Shown: positions 35,951 to 47,589 of the stretch, piece by piece
Numbering within the stretch: position 1 is the stretch's first letter
Layout: the number at the start of each line of letters is the position of its first letter
NCBI RefSeq assembly: GCF_018350175.1
Contig: NC_058371.1
Coordinates: 1,302,001 to 1,366,000, forward strand
DNA: 64,000 bases
Reading direction: 5' to 3'
From: Felis catus
Lineage: Eukaryota
Made by a program: the position numbers and the translations under genes
Notes under the pieces: model-generated
What the model was told of the DNA's origin: nothing
Databases searched by the model: none
Seen by the model: the letters and a program-made list of their open reading frames with translations, nothing else

Positions 35951-37059
35951 CCATAGAGGACGAGCAAATCCCTGTTCTCTGGTAGGTGGGAATGTGGCCT
36001 TGCATTAACTGTCTGGCTGTCATCCCCTGGAAACTTCATAAGTGTCAGAACGTTACCTGGGTTTTTAGGCAGTATCGGAACCAGTGAGCCTGGCTGGCAA
36101 ATTGAGGGAGGGAGAAACATCTGCTGGGGACAGCACGCCTGGCTCTTTCCTGAGTGTGGTGACACTGGTCAGTGGGCGCGCCCCTGCCAGGACCCAGGAA
36201 GCTGTAGATGTGCAGTGTTACCATGAGATGTTGGCAGACCCTGGGGGCACCCGAGGGGGATGTCTCTACACCTGAAGCATCACCTGAACACAAGGGGCTG
36301 TGTAGATGGCAAGCCGGGGTTCCTGCCCCGTGTTGGAAAGTGGCCTTTGTGGACTATTGAATGGGGATAAGAGTCTCCATGAACACATGGAAGATAACCC
36401 CCTAGTGCGCTAACTGCAGGGGACAAGGCCAGGGGACTCCTGCAGTGCAGACCCAAGGCACGGGAACTTAGCCAGAAGTTCAGGGCGTGGGAAGGAACAT
36501 GGATACGAGCCAAGGCGCCAACCTAGACCCGTGTCCAAAACCTGGAGAGAACACAGACCGAGAAACGGAACACAGCAGACACAGCTAAGGCAGGTTCCTC
36601 CAGACAGGATCAGCAAATGCCTGGCCTCCGAGCTGAACGCCAGGCATCGATGGCCTCATTCCAACAGCTTGAGGCCACCTTGGTGAGGGGCAGCCTGTCA
36701 GATGAAGGTCCCAGGAGGAAGCACCGTGGGGCCATAGGACAGGGAGGTGGGGGGGGGTGGTGAGCGGGCAGACTCACCAACGGAAGAGAAATGCCCTGCA
36801 AGTGCCCTCAAGTCACAGGACAATCACAGGATGGTTTTAGAATACATCCGGCTAAAAGCCACATGGAAGTAAAACAAAGAAAAGAAAAGAAAGATACCTA
36901 TCCATCCAAATGACAAGGGAAAAGATAGGAACCGAGAGCAGATGTTCATGAAAAATGAGGAAGCAAATACTTTTAAAATATAGTCACTGAAACTTAAAAA
37001 TAATGCACTAGGCAGAGTAAACTCTGGACCCTCAATCTGTGTGGGGAGGAAATTCTGAG

Positions 37060-37230
37060 TTGTTGACCAGAATATAGTGGAAAGCACGGACAGAGACCAA
37101 GAAATAAGGAGGAGACATTTAGAGACTCATCCGTATGTAGAGCAGGAATCCCAGAAGAAAAGATTCCTGGAAATGACAAGGAAGCAGTGGCCAGAGAGTG
37201 GTGGCCGGGAACTAACCAGGAGACATCCTC
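37060..37230 (-). mobile_element. L2 fragment
   Basis: gacaaggaagcagtggccagagagtggtggccgggaactaaccaggagacatcctctgtcac resembles L2 (aaggagcagccagagaggtaggaggaaaaccaggagagtgtggtgtcac). Confidence 0.4.
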
Positions 37231-37456
37231 TGTCACTAGACGGAACCTGCAGCTACGACCAGCAAGGACCAGAATGCCAACCTGAACAGCCTGTAGTTAA
37301 GCTCAAGGCTGTCCAACACCAAGAGCAACTCTTACCATTGGCTGGAAATTCAGTCTCCCCAGGCACAAGGCTCAGACCCACGATGGAGTCCTGCAAGAAT
37401 GGTTGAGGTCAGAGCTCCCAGTATTGAAGAGAAATTACTTCCCATCGAAACTTCCC

Positions 37457-37638
37457 TTTTTTTAAAGTTTATTTGTTTTTGGGGGGGCGGGGCAGAGAGA
37501 GATTGAGAATCCCAAGTAGGCTCCCATGCTGTCAGCACAGAGCCCGATGTGGGGCTCAAACTCACAAACCGTAAGATTGTGACCTGAGCCAAAACCAAGA
37601 GTCGGACGCTCATCTGACTGAGCCAGCCAGGCACCCCC
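37457..37638 (-). mobile_element. Can-SINE (Fc2-like)
   Basis: gagaatcccaagtaggctcccatgctgtcagcacagagccc...gagccaaaaccaagagtcggacgctc...gagccagccaggcacccc. Confidence 0.95.
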
Positions 37639-37639
37639 C

Positions 37640-39090
37640 ATCTAAACTTTCATGTCTACATAGAAAATCACTTATTGTGAAATAATAATAGTGTCAGCTA
37701 TACAAAAACTCAACCTTTCATTATACTTGAAATATCACAAAAAAATCAAGAAAAAAGCAAGAAAAAAGTAATTGACAAGTCTACATTCATAGATTTTAAT
37801 ATATTTTCTAGAAACAAGTAGCTCCAGCTGACCAAAATAAAAGTAATGAGGATATAAATTATCTGAAGAACGCAGTGACAGAGGTAATGTAACTGTGTCT
37901 CAACAGATAGAGAATAAACATTTTCAAGCACACGTGCAGCATTTACAGAAGTCAACCACAAACATTTTAAAGAATGAATATGATGAAGCTACTTGCTTTA
38001 AATATAATGCGATTAAATTAGAAACCATAACACGAACAAACATCTGTACATTTAGGAACAATCAGATGCCAGAAGGAAATATCTCCGTAATTCATGACTT
38101 GATGACACCACAATGAATATTATGAAATACTTGGAGTAAATAACATCACACACACTAATATCAGCATTTGTGGGGACAGAACTAAAAATGGTACTTAGAT
38201 TGTAATTTTAAAACTCCGTAGATGCATTTATTGAAAAATGACAAGGATAATGAAAAGTAAATGAGTTATATAAAGAGTGAAATGAGCTAGGAAAAGGGTC
38301 ACAGTGCTGCACTAAATAGAAAATGATCAAGATCAAAGAAAAACGAAATCAAAATGGAAAGCAGAAACGGCTGGTTGCTTGAAAATAGAAAAATCTCTAT
38401 CAGAATTGATCAGGATAAATCAGGAAAATTTAAAAACCCAGTTTTTTTAAAAATCCTAATATAACACGAGTAATTTCATGGTAATAAATTTTAAAATCTA
38501 GATAAAAAGGACAATTAAAAAAACAAAAGTGGCTCAAGAATAAATTGAGAAACCAAATAAACCAGTTATCTGTAAGTGGATCCATCATTTAAAAATTGCA
38601 TCTCCCACTTCTTTTTTTTTTTTAATGTTTATTTATTTTTGAGAGAGAGACAGACAGACAGAGTGCGAGCAGGAGAGGAGCAGAGAGAGAGGGAGACACA
38701 GAATCCAAAGCAGGCTCCAGGCTCCGAGCCGTCAGCACAGAGCCTGAAGCGGGACTCGAACCCACAAACCGTGAGATCATGACCCGAGCCAAAGTTGGAC
38801 GCACAACTGACTGAGCCTCCCAGGCACCCCAACTCCCATCTTCTTAGAGAGACTAAGGGGGGCAGAGAAAGGTGGGGAGGGAGGCGAAAAATACAAATAG
38901 AAAAGGAAGGAAAGCTGAAGGCAGATATTTTAGAAACTACTAAAAAAGGAAAAGCTAGCCAATGTTATGAGTAGTATTTTCTTGGCACCAAAACAAGCCA
39001 AGGACAATACAAGGGAAGAAGATTACCAATTCGTTTTATCTGTGATCACAGATGGGAAATAGCCAGATGTTAGAAAACTGTGGTATAGGA
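37640..39090 (+). mobile_element. Old L1 ORF2 fossil (endonuclease to linker region), interrupted by a SINE
   Basis: Strongly A-rich plus strand. ORF 37895-38116 contains YNAIKLET, like L1 ORF2 DH[N/S][A/G]IKLE[I/L]; GDFN-like gattttaat upstream; ggctggttgcttgaaa and aaaatctagataaaaaggac remnants. Confidence 0.65.
38611..38830 (-). mobile_element. Can-SINE (SINEC_Fc-like)
   Basis: T tail, GA tract, gagacacagaatccaaagcaggctccaggctccgagccgtcagcacagagcc, ends caggcacccc. Confidence 0.96.
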
Positions 39091-39384
39091 TAAAATAAGG
39101 GTGTCTATGCAATACATAGGAGTAGTCTTAGTTTTCTCATGGTGATCACTCTTGACCGCAGGGGGGTTATCTCAGGAAGGGAAAGATGGCTGGGCACAGA
39201 AAATGCATCAGAGCAAAGGTTTATAAACAGGAGACGAGTGGGTGCCTGTGCTACAGGTGTATTACCTGCCCCAACGCCAGGTGCTGAGGGCTGCCATCCA
39301 GAAGCTCCCTGGGGGCTGTCACTCCCTCCCCAGGGGCAGCACCTGCCCAGCCTGACCCTCCTCTTGTTTAACTGAGACCCAGGC

Positions 39385-39540
39385 ACGCCCCTGATGGTCC
39401 CCACCGTGCACTCACGGGGTCCTGGACGGAGTCTTACTCGTTTCTGTGATTTCAGGACTTGGCAAGATACTGGGGAAGTGACGTACTGAGTGTATGGGGA
39501 GTGTGGGTAGAATGAAGGGCTGCATTGATTTATTGATAAC
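39385..39540 (+). mobile_element. L2 3' terminus
   Basis: Minus strand reads cattctacccacactccccatacactcagtacgtcacttccccagtatcttgccaagtcctgaaatcacag, like the canonical L2 3' end reverse complement. Confidence 0.45.
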
Positions 39541-39994
39541 GTGCAAGCAGATGAGTCCGTGATGCTGAACACTGCCCTTTTGTGAAATGCTCCTACAATA
39601 ACAGCTTACTAGAAAATACTTCCTGAAGGCAATCGTCTGTAGCCACAGAGATGACTAGAGAAAAATGCCCCAGTGTGTAGTAGATGGATGTGGTTAAAAC
39701 CAGGCTGTTGGCACAGGTCACACGGGTGTGCAGCCGCACACAGCAGGCGTCAACGCAGAGCGGAGTCCTCCTCCTGAGTTTTCTCCCAACCGGTTCAGTC
39801 TGTCATGTGTTCCCTCCATAAAGGGAAAGTAGGCAATGCCTCCTCCCTGGGACACTCCCTCTAAGGCAGAACAGCAGCGTTTTCATGTTCACAAAAAAAA
39901 AAAAAAAAAAAGACTCAAGCAATACTCCCATAACTCAGCCTCAGTGACCCCTCCCCCCCGCCTGTTACTTACGGAGTCAAAAGTATATGCTCAG

Positions 39995-40240
39995 AGTCCA
40001 TTTTATCTGTTTATTTTTACTGAGATACGTTTGACATGGAACATTGTGCACACTTGCGGTATCGGACATGTTAATTTGGTGCCCTTGTTAATCGTGGCGA
40101 TGGACATCGTGGCGATAATTAGCACCTCTATCGCATTACGTAATTATCCTCTTTTCAGTGGCTAGAATCACTAAGCTCTGGTCTGTCGGCAAGCATGACT
40201 GTGATGACGGAGTGCTGTCTACGTCTCCGTACTGTGCACC
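39995..40240 (-). mobile_element. L1 3' end fragment (L1MA9 / L1_Carn-like)
   Basis: tttatttttactgagatacgtttgacatggaacattgtgcacacttgcggt...aattagcacctctatcgcattacgtaattatc, same family as 35075-35770. Confidence 0.65.
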
Positions 40241-40790
40241 GCTTCCTGCTCACTGCATCAGAACACATTTCAGATGTATTCTTTACGCCCTCCTGGATGA
40301 TTCTCAGCTGTGCGGCACGCTGCACTGTGGAATGAGAACAAATGGGTGGACGGACAACGTACGTACGTGGGAAGATGCAACCCGTACTTAGCGAGCACGA
40401 TCACGTTACAGTAAGGCAGACTGAGCGACGGCGGTAGGACCTGCCTGGTGGGATCATCTCATGACTCCTTAACAGGTTCCAGTGCACACTTTGAAGAGGG
40501 CGTTCTCTACAAAGAGATTTTAATCCCTCTGTGTCATCAGTGGCCTGAGATTCCTTTGCTTAGATTTTAATTGGATTGGAAATAAGCATTAGAAGTCATT
40601 CTTGCTACAACTAATAAAATCACAATACCTTTTAAATATTAAGAGCCTTCATTACTTTTACTGGAGGAATATAGCATGTTTATGCCATGTATGTGAACAT
40701 ATGTGTGCTTTCTCGAACACAAGGAGCCCAGGCAGACATTTCTTGTGTGGCTAGTTTGGGTGGAACCATAAGAGGCAGAGGACTCTGAAC

Positions 40791-40827
40791 TTGTTTTTTG
40801 TTTTGTTTTGTTTTGTTTTTAATTTCT

Positions 40828-40880
<53 letters not shown>

Positions 40881-41047
40881 CATGAGCGGGAGTGGGGCAG
40901 TGAGAGAGGGAGACACAGAATCCGAAGCAGGCTCCAGGCTCTGAACTGTCAGCACACAGCCCAACACGGGGCTCGAAGTCGCAGACCATGAGATCATGAC
41001 CTGAGCCGAAGTCTGACACTTAACCCACTGAGCCACCCAGGCTCCCC
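40791..41047 (-). mobile_element. Can-SINE with expanded (GA)~22 and (TTTTG)n tail
   Basis: Full SINE ending gagccacccaggctcccc; (GA)n at about 40830-40874. Confidence 0.96.
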
Positions 41048-41378
41048 TTTGTGGGAAGTGGGAAGTCTCCTGGTGGAAGGAGCCTGGGGCTGCTGGTGTC
41101 CCACGTGTTTCGTGGCTGGTGCCTCCCACCAGCCCAGAGCACCTCCCGGCCTCAGAACGTCAGTGCTTAATGTGAGCATTGGACTGTGACTCTCAGTACA
41201 TGATCATCTATAAGATCAAGAAAAGAGGGCAGCCTGCCTCCCATAATGTGCTGAAGAAAAACTAAAGTTAATCATTTGATGTATTTTTCTTATCATGATT
41301 TGTTTCTACTCAGAAACAGCTTTAAACTGTCGTATCAAAAAAAAAAAAAAAACTTAATGGTTATTAAAAAGCTGTTTA

Positions 41379-41680
41379 GGGGCACCTGGGTGGCTCAGTT
41401 GGTTAAGCGTCCGACTTCAGCTCAGGTCATGATCTCAGGGTTCGTGAGTTCGAGCCCCGTGTCGTGCTCTGTGCTGACAGCTCGGAGCCTGAAGCCTGCT
41501 TCAGAATGTGCGTCTCCCTCTCTCCCTGNNNNNNNNNNNNNNNNNNNNNNNNNNNNNNNNNNNNNNNNNNNNNNNNNNNNNNNNNNNNNNNNNNNNNNNN
41601 NNNNNNNNNNNNNNNNNNNNNNNNNNNNNNNNNNNNNNNNNNNNNNNNNNNNNNNNNGAATTACAAAAAATAACATTAAA
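41379..41680 (+). mobile_element. Can-SINE spanning an assembly gap
   Basis: ggggcacctgggtggctcagttggttaagcgtccgacttcagctcagg...N129...A-rich tail; TSD-like aaaaagct(g/a)tt on both sides. Confidence 0.93.
41529..41657. other. Assembly gap (129 N)
   Basis: Run of N. Confidence 1.
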
Positions 41681-42073
41681 AAAAAGCTATTAGTTTTTAA
41701 AATAAAAGACATCAGTCAGCCAAGAAAGGAACAGCAACTTCTTACATATTCGGGCTGAGGATTAATGGATGATTCTGACAAGTGCCAGCTTCCCATCCTG
41801 CCTCCGCGGATTGCCACCCTTGGGGCTCGCAAGCCTGTGTTGGCCGCTCACCCCAGCTGTTGCCTCTGTAGCCTGAAGGCAGTGTGGCCGCCCTGCTCAC
41901 CACGAGGGGCAAAGGAGATATTCTAGACAAATCTAGAGGTGAACCTGTAAACCACAGAATGCCACGCAAAGGTCTCTGTTCCCAAAGCTCCAGGAAATGC
42001 TTTCTCTCAGTGTGTAGATCACTGAAGGGAGCTGCCCTGGAGGTGTTACAGGCCAGGAATAAAAATAAGTCTT

Positions 42074-42300
42074 GGGGCGCCTGGGTGGCGCAGTCGGTTA
42101 AGCGTCCGACTTCAGCCAGGTCATGATCTCGCGGTCCGTGAGTTCGAGCCCCGCGTCGGGCTCTGGGCTGATGGCTCGGAGCCTGGAGCCTGTTTCCGAT
42201 TCTGTGTCTCCCTCTCTCTCTGCCCCTCCCCCGTTCATGCTCTGTCTCTCTCTGTCCCAAAAATAAATAAACGTTGAAAAAAAATTAAAAAAAAAAAAAA
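42074..42300 (+). mobile_element. Young Can-SINE (SINEC_Fc1-like), near-consensus
   Basis: ggggcgcctgggtggcgcagtcggttaagcgtccgacttcagccagg...ctgggctgatggctcggagcctggagcctgtttccgattc; about 16 CpGs retained, long clean A tail, TSD aagtctt. Confidence 0.98.
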
Positions 42301-45300
42301 AGTCTTGTGTCAGTCTCACACAGGATTAGAATCATGGTGTTTAAGCTCTAAAACATTTTTTTAAAATTTTTAAAGGCTGAACAATCACTAAATTTAACTT
42401 TTTAGTAATGAGTAGAGTAAGAGTTTGATTTCGTTATTCCTTGACTGCATGCCTCATAGGTGGGACCCCCCTGCTGGGTGTGAGCCCCATCTGCCAGGCA
42501 AGCGGCTCCGCCCGTGAGCCCATGGTAACATTAGTACGAAGAGGGGTGGAAACAGAGGCAGAAGAAAGGTGTTTCCGGCCCATCACATACAGGCTGTCCC
42601 TCTGAAGGCAGAGCTGGTCAGGCTCCCCCCCCGGAAGGTACCTCTGGGCCACCACGCCGCTCACGGGACGGGGCTGGCAGCTGGGTCTGACTCCTGCCTG
42701 GCGCACGGTGGGTTTCCGGTCCCTGTCCACATTCCCGGGGACATCAGGCGCTCGCCTAATCTGCCTTCCTTGGAGCTGGTGCGAATGGAGATAACGTCTT
42801 CCGAAGGCTGCGTTGAGGCAGCATCCAGCCCCGAGTCGGCGGCCAGTGGCAGCGGCCTCGCGCTGGCTAGTCACCAGCACAGTCATCATGGGGGCTGGGA
42901 CACGACGTTTGGACCATCTGGTGCTGTTTCACCACATACTCATTATGGGAACAGGTGTTTCTGCTTTTTTTTCCCCTCCATATTCCACTGGAGTCGACAA
43001 TTTGCGAAGGCCAGTTGCCAAGATCAAGATCATAGCATTTAAAATTCTGCATTGATTCGCTTCCCTTTCTCTGCAAAAGCAGCTGCCAAATTTAATCTGA
43101 GAGACTGTGTTTGCGTTCCAGAAATGCTGCGTGCCTTAACAAAGAGGTAGAGACGAGGAGACACCAACTTGAGTCAGAGGGGTGAAGAGTCAGGACATTG
43201 GTCCAACCAAGGAAAGTGCAGTTTTGTCTAAATGTTTATTTATAATTGTCCCGTAAAGGTTCATGGGGCATATTCTCATCCAACGGCCACCAAAATTGTT
43301 GCTGGGGGTAGGGGGTAGGGCGACAAGATGGGGTATGGTTTAAAGTGCGTTGGGTATTGAATTTAGGGAACTATCTCTTTATTTTTGTTTCTAGGAAGTC
43401 AGGATTTTTTTTTATTAATAGTAAAAATGCATTTGAAAAGTTCACATTGGAAGCACTCATACAAGGCTGTTCATTTCTACGTCTGTTGTACTTGCATGCT
43501 ATGAACTTCTGGAAATAAACACCTGGGCTGTCAGCCCAGGGAGCCCACGTAATTCCCCTCCAAGTGTGTTTTGGTTAAGCTGGGTTCAGAGGGAGCTGAC
43601 TGGTCCCATTCCGTGTTGGGACCCTGAGCCATCAGGTCCCAAAGCTTAGACCCCCTGCATAGGCTGAGGCTGGGAGTGTAGGGAAGACAGGTGAAGGCAG
43701 ACGTGTGTTCGTGGGAACGGTGAGTGCAGGTGCAGAACCTCGTGGAAGATCTGGAGGGCCACAGCCTCAGTCCCAGCATTTCCACCTAGAGGGATCGTGG
43801 CCCCATAGGAGGCGGCACCAAGCCAGACCTCTGGACTCCCACATCTGGGACCCCGACGGCCCTTTCTCTGTTCTGCGTTCAGTCAAGGGGCAGTGGGAAG
43901 ATGACTGACAGCACGCCTTGGGACTACCTTGGCTGACCACGTGTTCCACTTGTGATGTGTCGGAACCCAGCAGATAAAGGAGGGCTGTCATAGCGAGCTC
44001 ACATCTCCTCTGGAAAATTTGCTGGGCTTGCTGCATTCCATGAGCTCTCCAGGGAGTTTGCCTTGAAAACAAATCACTGAAGACACCTCCTGTGATTTTG
44101 GTGACAGAGCCCATCTGGGAGTCCTCTCCAAATGATCTGCTCCCAGACTAGCCCAGCCACCACTTGGGGTGAAACACGGTGGGTCGCAGAATGCACGTGA
44201 TCCGTGGCAGGGCACGAACAATTGGTGACCTCCTTACGCACAGACGGCTGAGTGCTTGAATAAACAACATGTTTTGGAAATAAACCTTTGCAAAGGGACT
44301 TGTCGCTGAGCTTGTAGGGTTGCTTTGGCTCTTGCTGGCTTGTTGGTTGGAGTGGACGAATTGCACCGTTTGGTGAGCCAGCCCAGGAGTATCCGTTAGA
44401 TGGCATGTTTGAAACTCAGTCATAATCAATATGGCAAAATTACTGAACGCTGGGCAGCGAGACCAGCAGACCATCTGATCTGGCAATTTTCCTGTGTCCA
44501 CAAACATGCTTTCGGCAACCCACTGATCCCCGTTAGGTCCTAGACGCTACAGTAAAGACATAGATGCATGAAACCCGGCTTCTTAGATCCGGGAACACAG
44601 GCACCGGAATGCTGGGGTCCTGCATGGTAGAAGGTCGGATTTGTAGGAATCCGGGTTTTATTAAACTACGTAAATGTCTGTTTATTTGTTGTAACTTCTC
44701 CACGCATATGGAATCTGGTTTAACAAATGTTCCTTCCATCCCCAGGGGACTTAAAGTACTCAAAAACAGAGAATAATACCTCTCTGAAAACCACAAACCA
44801 AGATCCTTTATGTAAATATTATCTGAGAGAAGAAAAGGAAATGGGGCCCATCCATTCCCCCCTAATAAACATTTTTTGCAGACCGTTGGAGAGCCAGCAC
44901 CTGTGGGGAGTCTGCTCTGGGGGAGTGGCCACCCCGTGGGGAGCGTGGGATGTGCCCATCTCTGCTGGCTCTGGGGGATTAGTCAGACCTCAGCAGCTCA
45001 CTGGTACTGCTCTTTGGGCATGTTTTCTCTTGGTGAACATGGAACATTCTAGGGTGTCTCTGAGCACAGTGCATTTAGCTTCCCTAGAAAATTATCAGTC
45101 TCCAGAGAGTTGCCAGGATGGGTGGTCAGAGAAACTAGACTAGATGTGGGGAGGGCTCCACGTCAGGCGGGAGCTCGGAACCTACCCAGCGTCCATCTCC
45201 GTGCGCGGCAGAGGGTTCAGGGCTCTGGCCCACGTCCGTCCCGGGGCCGCAGAAAGCACTGCTCGGTAAATTCAAGGGAAGGCATATGACAAATGGAAAA

Positions 45301-46725
45301 TGTTCTATAAACGTGAGTTGTGTGGATCATGGATCGTCCCACGGGCATCCCCATCACCAAGAGGCTCCAGCGGCGGGGAGAGGGCCGCCCATGCCCACTT
45401 CAGCCGCCACCAGGGGCGCCCTGATGTGCTGTGTCCAGACACACAGGCGGGAAGTAGCCTTTCCTCTTCCTCTAAGACATCAGCGCTGCCAACATGGAAG
45501 GACCACGTCCGCCCCCATCTTCCTGCCCGTTACGAGGTGTTCAGGCCGTTTCTGACTTAGCGACCCACTGCCCTTCAAGCCTGTTATCTAGACACAGGCG
45601 TGACGCAGGGTCAGGACATTTGAGTCCAGGCCCCAGGTTCTGCCCATTCGCTGTGTGAGCTCATCGAGTTCCTGAGAGGTGGGGCTCGAGCCCACAGTGG
45701 GTGGGGGCTGCCCGCTTGCCAGGAATAGATGGGGGGGGGGTACGCAGCGCCGGGTACGTGTCAGCTCCTCTGGTGCGTGTGCACCCCACTTGTACATGGA
45801 AAAGAGGCATTTTTGCTGGATGTAGGGAAAGAAGCTTGGGTTAAAACACTTATTTCGTGCAGAGTATCTGCCAAACTATGAGCTAAGTGTTTCCCCTCTG
45901 AAAATACTTGTTTTGTCCTTGGACACCACTATGCCCCTCCCACCAGGCCCCAGGAGGAAGGGGCCCGTCTGAGCCCCACGTGCAGGGGGAGAAGCCCTGG
46001 CTGACGGGGTTGATACGTATTTTCATGCATGTTTCTCTCTGTCCCACCCCCACCCCCCCCAGCAGCTTGGGCTCTGCGGCCCAGCCCTTTCGTTAGCACA
46101 AAGAAGAATGTTAGTCTTTCTGTCTCTGAGAATTCAAACCATAAGACCAGTTACAGCTGGCATTTTTGTGTCACCCTCCTGGATCCCCTGCTGTAGTCGG
46201 GAGGCCATTTTCATGGACCGCCGAGAGAGCTCTCCTAAAAACATAACATCGTCATCCTACCCTAACCGTCTGTTTCAAGGCCCATCGAGCGGTGGTTTGT
46301 GAAGCAAACTCACTATGCATACATGTAGGTGGTGACTCACCACTCACTTTCAGCTGTATAATTTGTCCTTTTAAAAAGAACTAATTATGTAGAAAATATT
46401 TTAGTGAAACTAGCAACGAAGGAGGAAACGAGAAGTGTTCTTTGTGGATGAGCGTTAACGGGGCAGCGCTGTCCGGAGATTCTTTCAGAGAATGGGAAGG
46501 AGCCACTTTCGCTAAAAATATGTTGCTTGTTGCCATGGGAACCATGGCTCACGAGTGTTTCATGAGCCCAGTCTAGCCAGGATTTGAGCGGGGTCTGATA
46601 CTGATACCCTAATATTAATTTTCCTTTTCAGAAACAGCATCATTTTCACAATTGTTAAATACAAACATGAAAATAGGGACGCTTTGTTCCAGCACAGTCA
46701 GCCACTTAAAAGCCACCACTGGTTA

Positions 46726-46945
46726 GGGGCCCCTGGGTATCTCAGTCAGTTAAGCGTCAGTCTTTGGCTCAGGTCATGGTCTCACGGTTCATGGGTTCAA
46801 ACCCCGTGTTGCGCTCTGTGCTGACAGCTCAGAGCCTGGAACCTGCTTCAGATTCTGTGTCTCCTCCTCTGTCTGCCCCTCCCATGCTCATGCTCTGTCT
46901 CTCTCTGTCTCTCAATAATAAATAAACGTTAAAAAAATTTTTTTA
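46726..46945 (+). mobile_element. Can-SINE (SINEC_Fc-like)
   Basis: ggggcccctgggtatctcagtcagttaagcg...gacagctcagagcctggaacctgcttcagattctgtgtctc...aataaataaacgttaaaaaaa. Confidence 0.95.
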
Positions 46946-47100
46946 ATCATCCCTGGTTCTATAGGAAGGGCCGGTTTAGGTGGAGACAGCAAGAGGGTTG
47001 AGTGGGTAATGGTTACCTGAGCCAGTCGGGAAACTTCACAGCATCATCTCCGATAATTTATTGACATGTGGGCCAGGTTCAGGTACTAAAACAGTTTTTT

Positions 47101-47174
47101 ACTTTTTTAATTTTCTTTGTTTTATTTTTATTATTTATTTTGAGAAAAAGAGAGAGGCAGCATGAGCAGGGGAG

Positions 47175-47217
<43 letters not shown>

Positions 47218-47341
47218 CCGAAGGAGGCTCCGCGCTGTCAGTGCAGTCTGACATGGCGCTCAAAGTCACAAACCATGTGATCGTGACCAGAGCTGAAACC
47301 GAGAGTTGGACGTGTAACAGAATGAGCCACCCAGGTGCCCC
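47101..47341 (-). mobile_element. Can-SINE (Fc2-like), left member of a tandem pair
   Basis: T-rich tail, (GA)n, gagaatccgaaggaggctccgcgctgtcagtgcag, ends gagccacccaggtgcccc. Confidence 0.94.
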
Positions 47342-47352
47342 TCCTTGCGCCT

Positions 47353-47568
47353 GTTTCTAATGTTTATTTATTTTTGAGACAGAGACAGAGACAGAGACAG
47401 AGCATGAGCAAGGGAGGAGCAGGGAGAGAGGAGACACAGAATCCAAAGCAGGCTCCAGGCTCTGAGCCGTCAGCACAGAGCCCAACACAGGGCTCAAATC
47501 CACAAACTACGAGATCATGACCTGAGCCAAAGTCGGATGGTTAACCGACTGAGCCACCCAAGTGCCCC
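47353..47568 (-). mobile_element. Can-SINE (SINEC_Fc-like), right member of a tandem pair
   Basis: (gagaca)n, gagacacagaatccaaagcaggctccaggc, ends gagccacccaagtgcccc. The pair is bounded by aaacagttttt at 47089-47099 and 47571-47581. Confidence 0.95.
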
Positions 47569-47589
47569 TGAAACAGTTTTTTAAAGAAA

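Noticed and set aside
42074-42160. tRNA-like A/B boxes at SINE 5' ends
   Set aside because: Can-SINE heads are tRNA-derived; there is no acceptor stem or full cloverleaf, so these are not tRNA genes.
45407-45420. CTCF-like ccaccaggggcgcc
   Set aside because: One G short of the CCASYAGRKGGCRS core; mismatch at a key position.
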